A stretch of 64,000 bases of DNA from Botryllus schlosseri (GCA_051294905.1 CM119371.1:9674001-9738000), one strand, 5' to 3'; shown: positions 25,002 through 39,900, numbered from the stretch's first letter. The notes: generated from the sequence alone by a model not told the origin. Made by a program: numbers and translations.

Positions 25002-26685
25002 CAGTGGTACTCAACCGCCGGTCCGCGGAACGGCTCCGGTCCGCCACGACTTTCCTGCCGGTCCGCCGGACATTTTACGATTCTATACCTTAATTTCAAG
25101 ATACAATATGTTGAAGGCTTGTCCATTGATAAAACAAATAAAACATCAAAATTTAAACTGATTGAGAACCTCGTGAGGTAACATTAGGTCTGGAAACATT
25201 TGACTTGCCATTCAAGCCGTGTCATTTGACGACATGCGAGCGACAAGTACAAGTTTATTCGCCAAAATGCACAGTTTGTACGATGATTCGTTTTTCATTC
25301 ATTCATTTTTGTACAGTAGCGTAGGGGCTATAGTAAATGCCGCACCGCAAACCCCTAATTGACAGGAGCCGAGCTTGAAGGGGACCTAAAGTTATTTCGT
25401 GAATGAACATGAATTATAGATTATTTTAGGTGAAAATTCATCGAATCTTTTTCAAACTTTTTTCACGCTTTTTCCGATTTTGTGTAACTAAATAAATTGA
25501 ATATTGTGTCCCCTTCCGCCAAGAAATACATATGATTTGTAAGATCAGGCATTTTCGGCGTGGGCCATTGCCGCGCCACGCTGCGCCACGCCGCACCAAT
25601 ACATGAAGAAGTTTGGGCCAACACTGAACTGCGAAAAGTGTGCCAAAAATTTGGCAGCGAGAAAACCTTGGCCAAAAACGACTGCCCTTTGTAGATCGAA
25701 AACCTCGATAGACATGTGTCAAATCGTCCATAGGCACCTAAATGGCTGGAGCTGAATTACGCTGTCCTGGCAATCTGTACCCCACAGGAAAAACGCCATC
25801 CAACAAAGAAAAGATATTTTCCAGAGAAGAAATAGCAATTTGGAATCGTGTGCTTCTTTTGGCTAGGTGCGCATGGGCGATTTCAATATCTATTCACTAT
25901 ATAACAGACAGCAGATCATGAATTAATGACATGCAACGAAGTAATCAATGCAATAGTCCAGCCCAAATATGTTTAATTTGATTTCATGCCATAAATTTTC
26001 CACTCAACTCTACCGGAGAATCTCATAATTCTGAGGGGATTAAAAAAATTATAGCAATATGTACGCAATTACTAATATTATTGAGGGATTCTTTCATTAA
26101 ATATAGGACATTTCCACGCTTCTTGCGATTAGGCTACGTAAACTATCTGCCTGCATATAGTAGAATCGATGTACTCACAAGTAGTGGTGAAAGCATCCAT
26201 CTAATTGTGGGGCCCAAGACCAATTTTTATCGGGGGTTTTACTGACGACGTGTTTTTTCGTCGCTAGTTTTGTGCAGGGTTGTAATGACTCGAGTCATGA
26301 CTCGACTCGAATCAGACTCGAGTCACGATTTTCTGATGACTCGACTTGACTCGAGTCATTTTCTCAAAATACGGAAATGACTCGACTCGACTTGAGTCAA
26401 TATGTGTATTTACTCGACATGGACTCGAGTCATTTATCTGAAAAAGGCAATTTTACCTCGATGCAGACTCACTACCATAAAATCTCAGGAATACCATCAT
26501 GAACATAATTACGATTAATTGCGATCAAAACCCTTAAAATGTAACCCTCTTGCACCATATTCATGCAAAAAACGGCTTCATATTTGACATTTTGGGTTGC
26601 TTTCAATTTCTGAAAGTCCACCGGTCCGCCATATAATTTTTGAAATTTTGCCGGTCCGCGAGGTGAAAAAGGTTGAGAACCCCTG
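25002..26685. mobile_element. hAT (Charlie-type) element containing a partial GACTCGAGTC-family end
   Basis: Ends cagtggtactcaacc / ggttgagaacccctg; perfect TSD gattaaaa; subterminal ccggtccgc motifs. Confidence 0.9.
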
Positions 26686-26806
26686 GATTAAAACACAAAA
26701 TGACTTTTTCCATCTATCGAGTAGCGTGATATTCAAGTAAACACCGATCAAGCGAGAGAGAAAGAGAGAGATTTTCGTCTTATCTCATATAATGTAAACT
26801 CTAAAA

Positions 26807-28019
26807 CAGAGGTCTCAAACACGCGGGCCGCATGCGGCCCGCCAGAGCATTTTGTGCGGCCCGCGACGACGTTTTAGATTTCTATTATTTTGAAAAAATA
26901 TAAGTGTCACATATATCTTTTCAGGTTATAAAGTGAAAATTCCCTCTTAAAATGCTCCGAAAGCCTTAAACTATTCATCAAACTTCACTATCGCATCAAT
27001 TGCATACGCTACGATGCAGTGGAACAATCACTATTTCGCCACATTTCCAATTCATGATGACAAAACCGGACCCTTAGACGATTCTAGACTGAAATTTGTG
27101 AGTTGAACTTGGACGCGACCTTTCTTTGAGTTACTCAGACTCGGGCCAATTCGATGGCAAAATGAAAATGACTCGAATGGACTTGGAGTGACTTGGAATG
27201 CCGTAAATTTGTTAGAACCATGGACGCAACAAACTAATCGCGTATCAGGGGAATAGTAATAGATCAGAAGGTCGCAGCTTGGTATTTCGCTAACCAAGCA
27301 AGTATAGTTATGGCAACCATTGGCAATCTGATAGTTACATCTTTGGTCGCTAGACCATGTTATTAAGGCCACTTAAAGGTACCGAGTACCGAAGTGGTAC
27401 GCTCCAACGATGTAACAGCAATGGGCCATTCGGCGTTCCGACATTTTAATCACTAGGACACATTCAATAATATATATATATCATATTTATATTTTTTTCC
27501 TGCTCCTATATTTGAACATATTTGGCAATGAGATTAATAGCCTACTTATAAGAAGTATACCCGAATCATGGATTGGAATTACAAAGCTCAACTTAAAAAT
27601 GTTTTGATATCACATGAGTCTCTATTATCAATCTGTTGGATTCAAAATATTCATAGTAGCCTAGCTGAAAATTATAACCCGATAGCTGTTACGATGACAC
27701 CATACATTTGTCCGCCCATATGGTGTCTATACCTTATAGTTAATATATATCAAGTACAACAACAATTCTGTTCAAATAGTTATAGATGTGATGACTCTTT
27801 TCGTGCCAGGCCTAAATTGATACAAACGTAAATCACATTTTGACGATGTGTGTTCACTGTCAGTCTGCTGGATCGGCTCACTTTCAATAGGAAAATTCAT
27901 TCTCGCCAAATAAGGCCTACTTGGAAAGACATAAAATACCCCTATATAGATGCTGCGGCCCGCGGCGTCGTCAAAACTGGAAAACTGGCCAGCAAGCACA
28001 TTTGAGTTTGAGACCTCTG
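26807..28019. mobile_element. hAT (Charlie-type) element
   Basis: TIR cagaggtctcaaac / gtttgagacctctg; perfect TSD ctctaaaa; subterminal gcggcccgc motifs. Confidence 0.93.
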
Positions 28020-29130
28020 CTCTAAAACGAAATGCCGTATCACGCGCTCGATGGTGTGTCAGGCGCGAGAATTCAGAGAGCCTTGGACCGCATTTTCCAT
28101 GCCGAAGGTCGAGTCAAATTGCGAGTTTCCCGTGCCGAGTGTCGAATTGCGACTATTGTTCTTGATATAGTTCGTGATGGATTCCGAATTGGCTCAATGT
28201 TTGTTAGGAAACGATATAAAAAGAGACTTATTGAAAGGTAAGTGTTGAGAATATCCATCACGCACATCATAGGAAGCTACACTGTAAATTCTGAAGTGTT
28301 GCTCAACCCGGAAAATTGAACACGAAACGTGATCCAAAAATTGAACGCCTAGAAGTGTTGTGAAGTGTTCAAATTTAAGGTGTTTACCTAAAAAGTGTTC
28401 AGTCTCAAAGTGGCTGGTTGACTAGTCACTGGAACGCAGGGCTCAAAGTAAAATCAGATTTTATTGATTCATGAATAAATGACGCTTATAATACCCAACC
28501 TGGGTGATTAAATACGTGCAAACATTGAAATTTCCAATAGCTGCTGTTACAGGGTTTCATAAATTCAGATCAGCAGTTGAAACCGATCCCGGAAGAGTCG
28601 ATGAAATGACGAACATCACAAATGATTAAGAGCAAACTTACTACAAATATCATGCAAATCGCTCTCAATGATGAAAATGAATGCATAGGGAATTAGGGAT
28701 AGTGATAACAAAATATCATTTAGTATCCTGAACTTTCGTGACAAGGGCATGGAATCAAATTCATTGGTTACGTCCGTTAACGGAAAACATGATCAACACA
28801 AATCATTACAACTTATTTAAAACTGACCAAATTACGGCTTGTAAATTTCTAATTTATTGTAAACAAACAAACAATGAATGTATCAGTATCACTACCACTA
28901 CCACGATAAACAACCATATATATTTTTTCACTCTTAATGAAATTGGGCCTGCTAAAAATATCCTAGGGCTTGCATTAGAAGTATTTATATCAGCTTAATG
29001 CCAATCACTTTTGTTTAAATAACAAAGAAATCGTTTCTTTGAGTCCATACAAATTTTGCAGATTTACAGAAAATATTTTGTTGTTATTTACCAGTCTGCT
29101 GCAAAATATGAAATATGGAAGTCATTAGGG

Positions 29131-29422
29131 CAGTGGTTCTTAAAAATTTTTGGACACGCTCCCATATGATAGCAAAACATTTCACACACTCCTTGTTGTC
29201 GTATAATAAAATTTAAAAAAGCAACCAGAACGCTAGAAATCCCAACGGATAGTTAGATGGCAGTGACGGTAATGGTTGTTGATGAGAGAATATTCAAATA
29301 TTAAATTCTGACCATACACAGAGAAATAACTACAAGCTGCCACGCATGCATGTGCGAAAAAGATTTTAGTTTACAGCGGCTTCACGACGCTTCAAATGCT
29401 TTCTCCTGTTTGAGAACCACTC
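29131..29422. mobile_element. Small hAT MITE nested in the EnSpm element
   Basis: Ends cagtggttctta / tgagaaccactc; TSD cattaggg/ctttaggg; inverted relative of the copy at about 5310-5570. Confidence 0.8.
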
Positions 29423-32400
29423 CTTTAGGGTATGACAATCCAATGCGTAGCAGCTCAAAACGTCAAGAATGTTTCTGAATACTCCATTTTCACTGAAGCA
29501 GTTTTATATTCTTGCCATCAGCTGCAATCCAGGCTCGGTCAATCTCTGATTCGTGGCGTGCCATGGCGTTTGTTTCTTTTCTACTGGTCGACTCCAAGTT
29601 GTGCTCCTTGAAAATGTGAATAAATTCCAAAGTTTTGAATATGTCAATGAAAATTCTAAATTTTATGCAGAAATAAATATAAAGATTTCACACACGCAGG
29701 TTACACAAGCTTAGGAAAGGCGCTCGGATAAATGTAAAATCCTATCACTGAGAAGGACTAAAATTAGCATAACAACTAATAAAAAGATCTTGAATCAGGT
29801 CTGCGTTTTTTTCAATTCGGCCATTTTGACATTTACAATGACATTCAGACGCACAGGCAACAGTGAGAATGCAGAACTGTAACTCAAAAGGACAGTTACA
29901 GCAGAACGTCGCAGGTCTATGTAAATTTGTATGGTCCACAAAAAAGAAAGATTACGGTACCTGTTTCAATAAGACTTGCGCTTGGGTCTTGGATTATATT
30001 CGTTTGTCTCTGAATTTGGCTTTGAGATGACAGTTGACTTCATCAACCTCGTTTCGCTGAAAATGAAATTGATTGCAAACAAGATCCGACAATAAATGTA
30101 GTAGAATTGTTATCCCTATGGGATAATTGACATACGGTAGGCTTTACATATAACTTTGATTCCAAGATTTTATAGGTGCTTTGAATTGAGACGAGAAAAT
30201 ATACCAGACAAAAGACACATTGATTGTCTTTAGTACAAAAACTTTGTGACATCTTATCGAAGGTGTTGAATACTTTTCCTTCATTGCGGTAATTGTAACT
30301 GTTCTCAATCTTTCAAAATCCTTCATTCCTGATTAAATTTAACTAACAAAATTAATTGGAATTAGCACGACATGGGAAATGATCTCCATTTGATGTTCCA
30401 AGTATAGTTCAGTAAGCGGTAGTTTAAATACATGTTACACCAGCTCTTCACATTCAACAACACCTCTGTTCAATGTACACAGATCAAGCCTCTCTTCAGC
30501 TCATATAGCATATATAGATAGTTTTTGAGAAAATTGGGACTGCAAAAACCAGCATATTACATAATCAATGGTGATATATGAAATGAATAAATAGACTTAC
30601 ATAATCACATGTTTCCATGGGTTCTTGAGGCAAAAGTATGTATCACAAAAGATGACTGCACCGGTACAAAATCCGTTCAGATGACTGCTCAAGTCACTAT
30701 CAACATTGTCTGTTAGCAGAGGCACGGTGGAACCAGGGTTCTTTTCGAAGAGTCGACATCAGTTGGATGAATTTGAGGATCAATCTAAGACTGTTGAAAA
30801 GAAAATACTTGTTTTAAAAATTTGCAATACAAGGGAACTATTCAATATTCGAACAGCTTCTTCGAGGTACAAAACTTCAATATAAAATTGAATAGTATAT
30901 AATATAATAAATTATATACTATATATATATAATAATATATAGTATAATCGTCAGCAACTAGTGGAGAACTCGAAAGAACGTTGTACATCAACAATATTAT
31001 CACAAAATAATACATTACCAGCATTCAGTATTTACTTACGCAGATATCAGACTGGATGTATTGTATGTGACAAAAGGGTGTCTTTCATAGAACAATTAAT
31101 TATTGTAATGGAAAGTTGCATGTGACCTTAACACCAATTTTACCCCAGCCCGAGTACCATACTTTCCTGGATTGTTAATCCTTTTAGTGAAATTTTACCA
31201 GCAGACATTCATAAAAATAACCGAATGCAGCTGAATCAAATTCATTATCTAAGGATATACCAGTTTACTTACGAAACATGGCGATGCTTAGCAGTATTTC
31301 AAACAACAAATCTATTTCAAAAAAGTGCCATTTGCAATACATACTACCTGCACTTTAGGGCATTTTTCATATTCTTTCCATCAGCCGCAACCCAGGCTTG
31401 ATGAGTCCCTGATTCGTGGCATGCCATGGCGGCTCTTTTTCTGTACTGGTCAAATCCAATTGCTGCTCCTAGAAAATACAATAAATAATAAAGGAAAATT
31501 GTAAATTTTATGCACAAGTAAATATAAATATTTCACACAGGTAATAGGTTACAGAAGCGCAGGAGAGGTGCTCAACCCCCCAGGTTCAGAACCACTGACC
31601 TAGTCCATTATAGTTCAGTAAGCAATAGTTAAAGTACAAGTTACACGAGCTCATTACTTTCAACTACATCCCTGTTCAGTGTTCAGAGTATACAGTTCAC
31701 TGTACACTGTACATAATCACATGTATCCATGGGTTCTTGAGAAGGTCTGCATCGCATAAGATGACTGTGCTGGCACAAAACCCGTTACGAACGACTCCTC
31801 ACGTCACTGTCAACATTGTCTGATAGCGCAGGCACGGTAGACCCAGGGGGCTCTTTTTAGAGAGTAGACATCAGTTGGACAAATTTGAGGATCAATCCAA
31901 GACTATTGAAAAGAAAATATTTGTTGCGAAAATTCGCAATACAAATGAACTGCTCAGTAATCACGCAGATATCATACTGGATACAGTTGTTATTTTCTGC
32001 AATAAGTTGTGCATGACTGAACGGTGTCTTTCATAGAATAATTAGGTAATGGAATGGAAAGTTGCACATGACGTTACCACCAATTTACTTTGGCACAGGT
32101 AGTATACTTCCTGGATTGTTAACAATTTTAGTGAAATTTTATCAGCAGACACTCATAAAAATCTTCATCACAAAGATAACCGAATGCAACAGAATCAAAT
32201 TCATTCTCTACGGATATTCCAGTTCACTTACAAATCACCGTGATGCTTACCAGGATTCCATACAGCAAATGCATTTCAAAAAGGTGCCAATTTCAATACA
32301 TACTACCTGCGACATAGAGTTTAGTTCAGTTACCATATCATAATATAAACTCAGAAAAGTCAAATTTGGGGATTGGGCGAAACCAATACTACCCCTTTTG

Positions 32401-32445
32401 ATCCATGGTTTGTTGAAAAGATTGTTTGTTTTGCTGTGCTATTAT

Positions 32446-33269
32446 TAGGGCGATTTTTTGGACTTAAAAAGGGAAATTTGACTAAAAAATCCAAATTCAC
32501 ACATATTTTGATGATGAAAAACTTAATTTTGACCCCATGTACTTAAATTAGGTGTTTCTCACATAATGTTAGAATTGTATTACCGGTACTTATCTTCATT
32601 TCTGGATGGAGCTGTCTGTTCTTCCGAAGTAGTTTGACCTGAAAAAATCTTATAGCATGAAAACTGACAAATTTTTACATGAAAAAAACTTATTTTATCG
32701 AAATCTGGACCCGTGGAGAATTCTAGTATTAGTTACATCTCGTATTATGGTAGAAATAATTAAAACTTTGGTGTAGTACAACGAAAGATACTTTCCTACA
32801 TTTTCGGTTAGAAAGTGTCTGTCCTAACTAAGTAGCTTGGCAAGAATGAAGAAAGAACGTTCACCAGCGGCAGTTGTTGGCCGGCTACACTGAAGTTGTG
32901 AGTACACTGCCCTTTCTCTACATCACAATTTTTCATCATACGGTTTCTAATGGAAGAACCAATGCTCACGCAGTGTTGCTTTAGTTACGATAGTGCAGTA
33001 GGCTACGTTGAGCATTTGTTTCATTTGACAGTCTATGATTCACAATTAGCAGACGATGGTCCGTCTACAACGGTAGGACTATAAAGTAGGCTGCAAGATG
33101 TAAATTATAAAATGATAAGTTCACCGACAGTGCAATCATCTATGATACAAATGAAATGCAAGTTTGCCAAAAACATTTTGATTTTGTAAACAATTTCGGC
33201 AATTTTTGACCTGACCGTACAATTTTGACAAAATTTTGACCTATGTTGACATGTCACAAAATCGCTTCA
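32446..33269 (-). mobile_element. Second, more diverged copy of the 19443-20323 hAT family
   Basis: Colinear similarity (tagggcgatttttt..., agaaagaacgttca, agcagacgatggtccgt); a further fragment lies near 56870-57070. Confidence 0.88.
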
Positions 33270-35775
33270 GTAAGCAGTACAGTGTAAAATGTGTACAGTT
33301 GAAAAACAACCAAAACCGTTGCATGACTGTCATACCGGTATTCAATTGCTGATATTGCAGTACTTGTCCACAATGGACCACAATATCGCCTACATAGGGT
33401 TATTTCAGTGTGGATGGAGAGAACATCCCTTTATCTATATATCAAAAAAGTTAGTTCGATAGCAGCTTCCTATCAGTACCTTGTACCTGGTCGCAGCCTG
33501 GTATATTATCAGATTCGAAGCTCGATCCTCCAGCAATAAGATCAGACGAATTATATACTACAAAACATCTAAAGAACATTCATATGAATAAGGGATATCA
33601 GTAGCCTACTAAAACATCTAAAACAAACGACCTTACTGTGCACAATGGCAAAACGAGTTCATTTTATGACTATTCTCACATATATTCAATAACATTTACC
33701 GCATTTCCATACCTTACAGTACATGGACGTTATGATCCTTTATGCCACCAGGTAGCAGGAACTGCTTTAATATATCCATTCCGCCAAGTCTTTTAGTGTA
33801 CCCTACTCTCTGCTTGAAGCCTGACGAACCACCAATTCAAATTCGAAACTGAAATCGAGCGCGCTCTACCGTAACGAAGGTGGCGACCCCTCTGCGTCAC
33901 AGGGAAATATGTATATTTTATTGTAATATTACCCTTAAACTTGATGGTTTGGTCAGTTGAATAACATTATTATACATGTACCATGATTTTATGTGATCTC
34001 CAATCCCACCGATACTTTATGAATGTGAAATTGACGATAAATTACAAAGTATAAATTTTCTTGAAAATAAGCAGCAGTGGCGAAGTGTTACATATAAACG
34101 GAGAAATACGCAGAAGCGTTGCGACGATAATGGCCCAATGCGTTTATATGCCCAAAAGGTGTGTCTGTACGCAGAAAAAAGTGTTATGAAGTGTTCAATA
34201 CGACCTTGCGGATTTACAGTGTATTAAGATAGGTTCTCTTTAATAACGATATGACAAATATATGCTGCTGTCTTCGATCTCAACAGCTCGATTGTTATTT
34301 GTTAACGCGCAGCAACGCTGTTTGGTTCATTGTAAGCTTTAAGATGCACATATAGTGCAGTGCAGCTGTTCCTGAATTTTGCGTTATACTGCATGGTAAC
34401 AGTGTTTGTAGCAATCGGCAGAGTGCAACGGTACAGTGAAAACTGGTGTAAGTTCCTGGCAAAAACAGTACGGTATGTATTATGGTTTCAAATTCGTTCA
34501 CATTAGAAGATAAAATCCGGAGCAAAGTTCAAATATTGATATTCACCCTTTCTATTGACACAGCTTTATTGCTATTTTATAAATGTAACTTAACTTGGAT
34601 ACACAATAATGTCTGAACAACGGATTGCTCGGTTATGCCCACTTTTCTGTTCTGACCGGAATGCTTCAACAAAGCATTTGTTGGATCGCCACAAGGATAA
34701 ATGCGATTTTATAATGTCATGCGGAATTTGCCATTTACATTTTTCCAATCACAAAGGGCCAAAGAATCACGTTGTCAGGCAAAATAAAAGTAAGCTATAT
34801 GCAACAACATCTGTTATAATATGAATGATTTTCTCGTTATGAAATTCGGAGACTTCAGCTACCCTCAGTTCATTTGCGTTGTTACTGTTGTACAGTACAG
34901 TACCGCATCGGGGACCATATTCGCATGTACCGTCGCCTCAATGTAGGCCTACTACTCGCTCAGAGCTCAAAATACCTTTTTTCTCGCAATTTGCTCTTAA
35001 TCTCACCTGAATTTTCAAAAAAGAGGAAAAAAGGGCGTCCTCTGAGGACACTTTCAAAAATGTCAAAAAAGAGGACAAATCCTCTTGAAAGAGGACGTAT
35101 AGTAAGCCTATTATAACCAAGTGTATTGATCAGGTGTGGTGTCTTTAAAGGGAGTCCTGCTAAAGCTAGTGGTATGTTGTTTAACATGTCATACCTTTGA
35201 CAGGGAAAATATATGTGTGTGTTTTTTGTTCAGCAAACGAAGTATGTAGCATGGCGTTTGGCTTGCTGGCTGATGAGGATATTATTGAACTGGATTTTAA
35301 ATTCGGGTTGATTCGCAATATATATACCTGCTCTGAATAATGATTTCGAATATGCAGGAACATTTGGAGCACCCACGTCTGATGCACATAACAAATAGCT
35401 ATATGATGGGTTAGCTGCATCTCATTGTTATGTGTGGTATAATATGCTCATAATTTACCAAAATTATAAAATGCAATATTTGTTGAAATTAAGTGCAACT
35501 TTCTCGCGATTTTAGTGTCACAAAAACTTGCCCTACGGATGACCTCTGGTCTTTATAAGGGCGATAGAGATATATGTTGAACATAGACTTGGACGTGCAT
35601 ATTACCAAATACTAACTTGATGAAAATGTTGTTTTTTAGGAAGAAAATGGAAGTAAAAAGGTCAAAAGTCCGCAATTCCTGCATAAACAATTGACCGACA
35701 AGCGAATAAAATCAACGATAAAGTTGCTCGCTATCGACGTGAAACAGGCATAATTCTATATACGTCACGGGTGAC

Positions 35776-36254
35776 CAGGATTGTAACCGAGTCACAAGGC
35801 TAAGAGTCACAAGTCAATCTCACTGTTATATTTTCGACTCTAGTCAAGTCGAGTCCTTTTCAATTCACCACCGTGTCAAGTCCGAGCTCAATTCAGCGAA
35901 AAGAGGGTCGAGTGTGAGTTATGGTATAATGACTCGAGTCTGAGTCTAAGTCATTGTGTTGACTGCTCAGTTTCCAGTTGATGTCTTGGTAAGCTCACTT
36001 CATATAACTCTGTTTGGTGATATCGAATGTTTCGAGTTTATAATATACTAATTTCCCTCACTTTTAGCAGTTTCTGGTCGCATACCAGTACCAATAGACA
36101 AAATTCTAACGACAGTCTGGTTACGTTGCTATTCTTCAAAATGACGATGAAATGTCGGTCTTGGCCGTCTGAGGCTCGAGCCATATGACTTGAGTCGAGT
36201 CATTTTCGTATTTTTAATAAATGACTCGGGTCAAGGCGAGTCATTACAACCCGG
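35776..36254. mobile_element. GACTCGAGTC-family hAT MITE
   Basis: Ends caggattgtaacc / ttacaacccgg; TSD cgggtgac/caggtgac; colinear with 62445-63029. Confidence 0.85.
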
Positions 36255-36624
36255 CAGGTGACCCGGCAGGTGACCAAACAGTTACCCACATGTGGCACAA
36301 GAGAAGGTTTTAAGTGGGGAGGTGATATTTCAGACTTGGAGGACAGATTCTAGGTGGATCAGTGCCTGATCATATTTTATTTATTATTTTTTGGAATTGG
36401 TGCAACAGTAGCTTTCGATCAAGATCAGATTCGAATGAAACTGCAAAATCGGTTGTTGCCGTTCCATGTTTAATTTCTATAGTTAAACTAAAACGTAAAA
36501 GGGTCAGACACAATATGAGACGCAATCGGACAGTTATAAAGGGTTCACTTTGGCGTTTAATTTTCCGTCTCATAAATGATTTTGAAATATTGGTTGAATG
36601 GACATTGGATATTTCTACTCATAC

Positions 36625-36754
36625 CTGTGTATTGCTCACCCCCAGTATAAGCGGACCATCTGTCGTCAAGTGCACATTTTGCAGTGATTTTGCTTTCATG
36701 AATGCTCGCAACCAACGTCCACCCACCTCCGTCAGTTTCCATTTCGCAATACGC
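36625..36754 (-). CDS. Intelectin-like gene, exon 4
   Basis: AYCEMETDGGGWTLVASIHESKITAKCALDDRWS matches the intelectin motif FCDMT..GGGWTLVASVHEN....KC..GDRWS; tgcatag acceptor and CAG|gtatga donor, ends in phase 1. Confidence 0.93.
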
Positions 36755-36839
36755 CTATGCAGAATGAAAAATAATTTGGAACGCATCGACAAAAGATTAA
36801 ACTCCAGCTTTTCATTTTACTGTAACCCAGATACAATAC

Positions 36840-36957
36840 CTCATACAGTTCGGTTCCGTTAACATCAAGGTTCAACGACTTGATTCCACTGCGATTGAAT
36901 CCTCGGTGTTTCAGGTCCAAGCAAGTTTCGCTGGTCGGATATATTGTACCATGTCCA
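36840..36957 (-). CDS. Intelectin-like gene, exon 3 (start of fibrinogen-like domain)
   Basis: SGHGTIYPTSETCLDLKHRGFNRSGIKSLNLDVNGTELYE resembles the SC..I.....DG.Y.L....G..Y segment of intelectins/FReDs; ttcag acceptor, GAG|gtattg donor, 85-nt intron to exon 4. Confidence 0.85.
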
Positions 36958-39900
36958 CTGAATTGTTTCATACCATAGGCATTTTGAAAATATGTATCAA
37001 TTTCCATTTTAAGAGTGTGAAAGTGGAAAAAGTGAAAAATAAATGTTAAATGTTAAATGATGTTAAAGTGAATGCGACCCTAATGCCATTACATCCATAT
37101 TGGCGCTGAAACATAATTTGGAATGTATGATGATGGTCAGCTACGTCAAAACAAATCGTAAGTGTCATAATTTTTATCCTTCCCGCAGTAACATGATCGG
37201 AATGAAATCAAAATCTCAATTCGATGCTAATCAACTTATATCTGTATTCATTGGTTTTTGTTTATTGGATCACGATAGGTCTATTAGCAATTTTCCTAGT
37301 TCAACGGTTAAGTTTATCAAAAATTTTATCGGCTCAATGCACCTCAGAAATTGCGATACAATGAAAAGTTAGGAAAAGATAGGTGTCGAAACTACTTGGA
37401 CTAGTCATTGAGATCAGATTATTAGGTGAGATTTCGTCACATGTAGATGGTTATCAGCAAGTTGGAGTGCGACATTAGAGTTGGGGGAGAGGGCTATTAG
37501 GATTAAGGGAGAGGGATATGTGACGTTGAACGTGGGAAATTCAAATTATAATTGCGGAAGTGCGGAGTTCACTGGTGACCGGTATCCCACATAAATTATA
37601 TTAACATAGAATTTTGTGGCCACAGCATATCTATTTCGCTCGAAACTTTATGAAAATTATGCACACAGCGCGAAAACAGCCGTTGAATGTATCGGTCTGG
37701 GTCTCTCTGTCTCGTTCGAAGAACATATAACTTCTACTTGGCAAACTGTATATAGCAAAAAGTAAGTAATTAAATCGCATAATATGACGAGATAGAAACA
37801 CCGGAAATTAGATTTACTTGATTAGGTGCAGCAAGTAGAGTAAAATTACTTGAGTGCTTACTAAAACTAGAAGTAGCCTACTTCGTTACTGACCACCTCT
37901 GATTTTTAGCTTATCCTGTGATTCTTACAGCGGACCGCCGAGGACTTCGTTCTCGGTATGGCATTGACGCAAAAATACGGCCAATTTTGTCTACCTATTT
38001 TAGCGAACGGGACCACTAAGGAAAACATTTCGTCGATGGATCACCGTGCCTTTAGCATCCGATAAATGAATTGCTCACAGCAGCCAACGCCACAAGGAAT
38101 GTATGCATATACATGTGGTTTATTTTCTCATATCATGCCTGCTGACGGCAGAAATTGCCATGCCGCTGCAGTAATGTATGCTTTTTCGCAGATGTCATTT
38201 TACTACCGTTGATAACCTGCATTTCGTGACGAAGGCACAATATATGACATACTATTACTAGGATTTTATGAAAATGTCTTAAGCAGATAATTCCACATCG
38301 TACAAAATTGTAGCAATCACGCCCTGTCGCGCGCTTATCTTATTAGTTTTTCCACTGAAGTCTGTCGGTTTGGTATCAAGTCGAATAATTTGAAACCTTC
38401 ATATGTTCTCTCGAGTGAATCCGGTAACCACGATTAGGCGAACCATTGGTATGAATTATGATGTCTCATAATGTAGATGCTCTGTAGTGAAGTACTTATA
38501 CGCAAACGAGGTCAGTAACCAAGTACTTCTACTTTTCCGAGGAACTTCCCTCTACTTGCAGTACTTGCTCCAGTAAATCTAGTATTCGGCTTATACTTAT
38601 ACTTCCAGTTATTCATATTTTCACTATTTAAGGGTTGTCAAGTAATATCACGTACTGCTAATAGGAGTGAGAGAAAATGAGACAAAGACTAAGAAAATTA
38701 GGCTGATTTCGCGGAGAGAGACCAGAATTGTTGTTATGCTTAGCGCGAAATATATATGGAGCAGACAATATCTTTCCAAGAAAGTCTCGATCAAGATAAT
38801 ATTTGCTGCCGTTATGTGCTTCATATGCGTAATTTCATGCTGTGACAATTACATCACAGCAAAAAGAACAAATCAAAACGTTGATGATTGTTTTCAATTG
38901 CTTTCCTAATCTAATAAAGCATTTATGTAGTATCCGATACAATTTCAATACGGTCAAAAAATACACGTGAAGATGGCTTATTTGGCACATGACTAGAAAA
39001 TCAGAATAACTCAACGGAGAGTACAATCGGAAACCGGGTTTCCGAGCACCACGTCGGACAAATGGCAGTTTTTTAGTAAATTCACCAGCGATCATAGTTA
39101 GGTGAATACATTTCCCGATTATATATCCTATTTTTCGGATCCGTAAATATGGGGGTTAAAATTTGTGTCTAGATCGATAAGAGGACGATGAGTCGAAAAA
39201 GTTGGGCAACCACTGGTATGAAACAACATTTTCAATAGCAAAGTAATCATTTGTAACCCATGATGCGGTCGAATCCTTATAGTGTTGAATATAGCCTATA
39301 TATGTATATGTATATATATCCTGCAAGGGGTGTATAGCAAGACGAACACCAAGCCCACTGCGCCATCTGTATTTCCTTGTTTGACGGTCCGTGAGAGCAT
39401 ATCTGTGGCTACAAAAGCTACTTATTATGTACTTGAGTCGTTTTCAAAGAAATAAAATTATACCACTACTTGAAGTGGTTTTAGGCTGCTTCGAAAATAA
39501 CTAGGAGCCTCATTGACTACTTTAATCACTCATATGTTCGCTGCTTATTGAAGAAATTATGCAACTACGAACACAATGCGTACCACAAGAAAATACTTTA
39601 CAGCAGCTACACGGGCCTTTCGCAAATCCGGGCCAAAAAGCACTTCGTCAGCCGACCCCAAAAAACGCTGGGTTTGGGCCCCCGCTGGGCGATGACCTAA
39701 CCTTCTGGGGGCTTCACTCCTAGACCCGACAGTTGGGTCGATGTTTTGACCCATACTTGTGAGCACATTCCTTCTACACAGTATAAGCAGAGAGTTTATG
39801 TGATATGTAGCTTAATCGCGCCAATAGCGAAAATTTTCGATCATTCATGATTGAATCGACTTTCTCGCAGCCGAATTTTTGGAACACCTTTCGGAGTCAC

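Larger units (their letters stand above)
28280..34221. mobile_element. EnSpm/CACTA (CMC) non-autonomous element
   Basis: Ends CACTGTAAAT / ATTTACAGTG flanked by TA on both sides; clustered aagtgtt motifs in both subterminal regions. Confidence 0.72.
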
